A stretch of DNA of 64,000 bases from Patescibacteria group bacterium (lineage in GTDB: Bacteria; Patescibacteriota; Saccharimonadia; Saccharimonadales; JAZKJC01), in the NCBI GenBank assembly GCA_040384565.1, contig JAZKJC010000002.1:1064-65063 (forward strand), in the 5' to 3' direction. The translations under genes were made by a program, and so were the position numbers. Below, piece after piece: positions 63,701 to 64,000 of the stretch. The notes below the pieces were generated by a model. That model did no database searches. It saw only the letters and a list, made by a program, of their open reading frames with translations, and was not told the origin of the DNA. How positions within the stretch are numbered: position 1 is the stretch's first letter; the number at the start of each line of letters is the position of its first letter.

Positions 63701-64000
63701 CACTTTTGTTATGGGTAGCATGCGGGTCGCCACAGAGCATAGAACCGTCACCGTAAAGCAACATAGCGGGAGGACCGCCCTTGGGAAATTCATCTTCTAT
63801 AACTTCATGGCTCATTGGTGTGTCGTAGCGGATAACAAGTTCGTCTGCACCTGTCGGAATGTTTCCATAATCATTCTGCGCATAATTTGTCACAAGAAAA
63901 TATACACTCCCGAAAACTGCAAAAATACCTATAAAAGTCAGAACCTGTCCGTATTTTGAGAGGTTTAAAAAGCGATACGTCAGTATATTAATCCTTGAAC
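57777..64000 (-). CDS. Giant surface protein (>2038 aa; 5' end beyond the window): TM anchor, HExxH metalloprotease-like region, beta-propeller-like repeats, 9 Cys/Trp repeats, CARDB, 6 FN3 and one CBM-like domain
   Basis: The frame stays open from 63893 to 64000 (..VLTFIGIFAVFGSVYFLV.. TM helix, no start codon), so the track GTG start is artefactual. HEIGHGFTLSH at 62622-62654. FN3 signatures (..LSWTASTD..Y.VYR..) x6. Confidence 0.85.
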   Translation of the reverse strand, partial: SRINILTYRFLNLSKYGQVLTFIGIFAVFGSVYFLVTNYAQNDYGNIPTGADELVIRYDTPMSHEVIEDEFPKGGPPAMLLYGDGSMLCGDPHATHNKSDNSSLWSIRTRKLNEKEIETLFNTVREKGFDRIRARTVPKDRIPAPVGAEPSVSLFTDRGKRSIELYSGERPNGFEDITKYLESECAKATKPFDSDTIYVQTVQQNKSGQDLEPVPDEFKAYLDKDKKSKTSKLLGDKAQEVKGKLSKEAKVYKGDDGKVVKIRTLPEVPEFTNGDRTITSAAESGKVYAQAQKKVRFLYVYPADQAQPADAQAKITDAANRIAAFYADRVKKPFITSEVKVVKGRLTEAQYKACPESYYTCSGTSNPDRTFFTYQHLAAEFAAYDSNTAILYSWHADGCTGWGGARNDTQDDTGEDPNKDFDEAPNVKLGIGVYSANSKCSQQLPLLAHEIGHGFTLSHTCDATLMGSCGHDKNYAAGLENVALNDNQAKVLNERSAWFNTGITAAVACPITNGVSIDSPKQYNNEKPGYRVLSSDGKVTNCGESITTYSDLAGKALSAPVAAISISAKNVGYYIALQNGKVSAHGDAKHYGDASSITLNKPIVGMASRSDYVDGKTGYWLVASDGGIFAYGAAKSYGSLGGKTLNSPIIGMEVTDTNSGYWLFASDGGVFAFGDARFYGSTGAIKLNQPIIGMQATVDSKGYWLVARDGGIFSFGNARYFGSAAATPSSATPYIDMVDNAGSDAYAIIQASGERKLFGRYIGLPAQTNQGVPPDFKTSMTYTDSWPKDYTPTNITASWTTAWPQERIPRDLQMNWYTASDGNGLPGSCVQIHESSEPPEHAWGDNHLCSNQDLGWSYTSAWPPEYPLAPKCVGLYEPGDPDTWGDNVLCTLIDVNLRWSYWGNISDTNTTCVSMNEAEDPHYWTDNFLCWDTYKPGSVSAPLPAGCINMNETSETAPWYDNVLCMSPDLGLTWSTAHPDPTNLPANCVRIYEPDDPDTWGDNVICTSNPNVHFDWSWRGNIYEDADTGCVKIEEPSDWDGGGYGWEDNYLCWNRYVETIKPLQPGCIYINETTDPHGWGDNVLCASPDVGLTFTSAWPTDKTVEYNCTNITEPADPYTWNDNVLCSNTYIGLHWSYAGNPDNEDTDCVLVFESSDPHSWGDNYLCWLVPIGITDPPPPTSQPDLIVVPDSITWTPASPQSGNLVTVSATVKNVGTASTPEGLVIAFSVDGTSAGWNGNAGWPLAPGESRTLASVDGPGGVSTWTATAGSHAVLAVVDPSNAIPNESNESNNSLSKTLTIAAPNTAPTVPANLRTTSVTSNSIALAWNASTDDKGVKEYRIYRNGNFYTYTTQLTYTDTAVASPNTYTYQVSAIDYDSAESDKSTPLSVTPPVPADTTPPTIPGNFNATAVSATQVNLSWSASTDNVGVTQYYVYRNSGGLPGLIATVNSPTTTYNNTGLTANTAYTFSVRAKDAAGNFSDFAVKTITTPQAPDTTAPSTPTLSGSAVSATQINLSWTASTDTGGSGLSGYEVWRNNVKIATVGLVTSYGDANGLAGGTTYSYYVKARDGAGNVSSNSNTVTLTTPQPAAALTTSQSPQGNWVGTYGKDGYVLFEWNAGDTDLISLPAGVTMTINGAQRHQWTMSSAETRALQSPDQTIRKSTAVYAGTQFDVKLNFSSAYSGNLHLYALDQDSIARRQTVTVNDGSGPRAASITSSFNQGVWINAPINVPAGGTLTITTQNNAGTSTNAVLAGLFLGDAGTVTPPPPPPTDTTRPSIPDNVSASAASPTLVNVNWTASTDNVVGVISYRVYRRLGTGTPTDILTNNITGTSFSDSAVTGGTTYSYAIEALDAAGNPSGLSSTATATTQAPPDTTRPSTPGSFAATALSATQAKLTWTASTDASGIKEYLIYRQTGTTGQFMNIATTTNLSYTDSVSASTTYYYYVIAKDNSSLLSDPTTTKTVATPAAPTTGGDTTPPTAPTKLIPTIISSNQVNLSWTAATDNIARYKIYRQVGTTGQFTELGTTNGPATIYGDATAKPNTRYSYYVIALDTNNRQGPASNTAVVASTNKK
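60501..61514 (-). repeat. Nine tandem coding repeats of about 35-40 aa: C-[VI]-x-[IMLV]-x-E-x2-D-P-x2-W-x-D-N-x-[LI]-C ... W-S
   Basis: Repeats delimited by eye in the translated product (aa 794-1131 of the track ORF). Confidence 0.8.

Overview
This 64-kb window is almost entirely minus-strand coding. It comes from a small-genome bacterium with Patescibacteria/CPR-like traits. That placement is an inference from four things: no L30 gene between rpsE and rplO, no adk or map after secY, r-proteins with Lys/Ala/Glu-rich tails, and giant FN3-rich surface proteins.

Layout:
- 1-31.4 kb: the rpoB-rpoC-rpsL-rpsG-fusA-tuf-S10-spc-alpha superoperon. rpmJ was found by hand.
- 31.6-42.3 kb: GNAT, clpP, a 3.7-kb mobile-DNA scar (frameshifted replication-relaxation gene plus an IS1595-type IS), tig, hisS, hisD, a hisG-like gene and a yerC/trpR-like gene.
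- 42.3-53.7 kb: an accessory island. It holds a ParE/RHH toxin-antitoxin pair, two secreted proteins bracketed by 100-bp direct repeats, an XRE-gated glycosyl-transferase cassette, a replication-relaxation gene and a large serine recombinase. The recombinase ORF runs 22 bp into tRNA-Leu(UAG).
- 53.7-64 kb: rsmD, recG, a Cys-less cupredoxin-like protein and a surface protein of more than 2038 aa that is cut by the window edge.

Most unusual signals:
1. A phosphoglycosyl transferase (PGT) fused to a squalene/phytoene-synthase-like Asp-box domain sits between tuf and rpsJ. The same two modules recur as a split, XRE-controlled gene pair at 47.8-49.2 kb, a fusion/split pair.
2. Lineage-specific ORFs are embedded in the ribosomal operons: rplB|rpsS, rpsL|rpsG, rpsG|fusA and rpsJ|rplC. 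A VapBC pair sits between fusA and tuf.
3. The intercistronic spacers are built from tandem heptamers arranged as imperfect hairpin arms. One is a GGAG-repeat versus CUCCUUUCU-repeat (SD/anti-SD-like) hairpin.
4. A 21-nt inverted repeat could sequester the parE ribosome-binding site and start codon.
5. A recurrent TTGACA-17-TAnnnT-6/7-ATG architecture implies leaderless mRNAs for the accessory genes.
6. A nine-fold Cys/Trp-rich repeat I do not recognise sits in the giant protein.

All functional calls rest on motif recognition by eye. No database searches were run.
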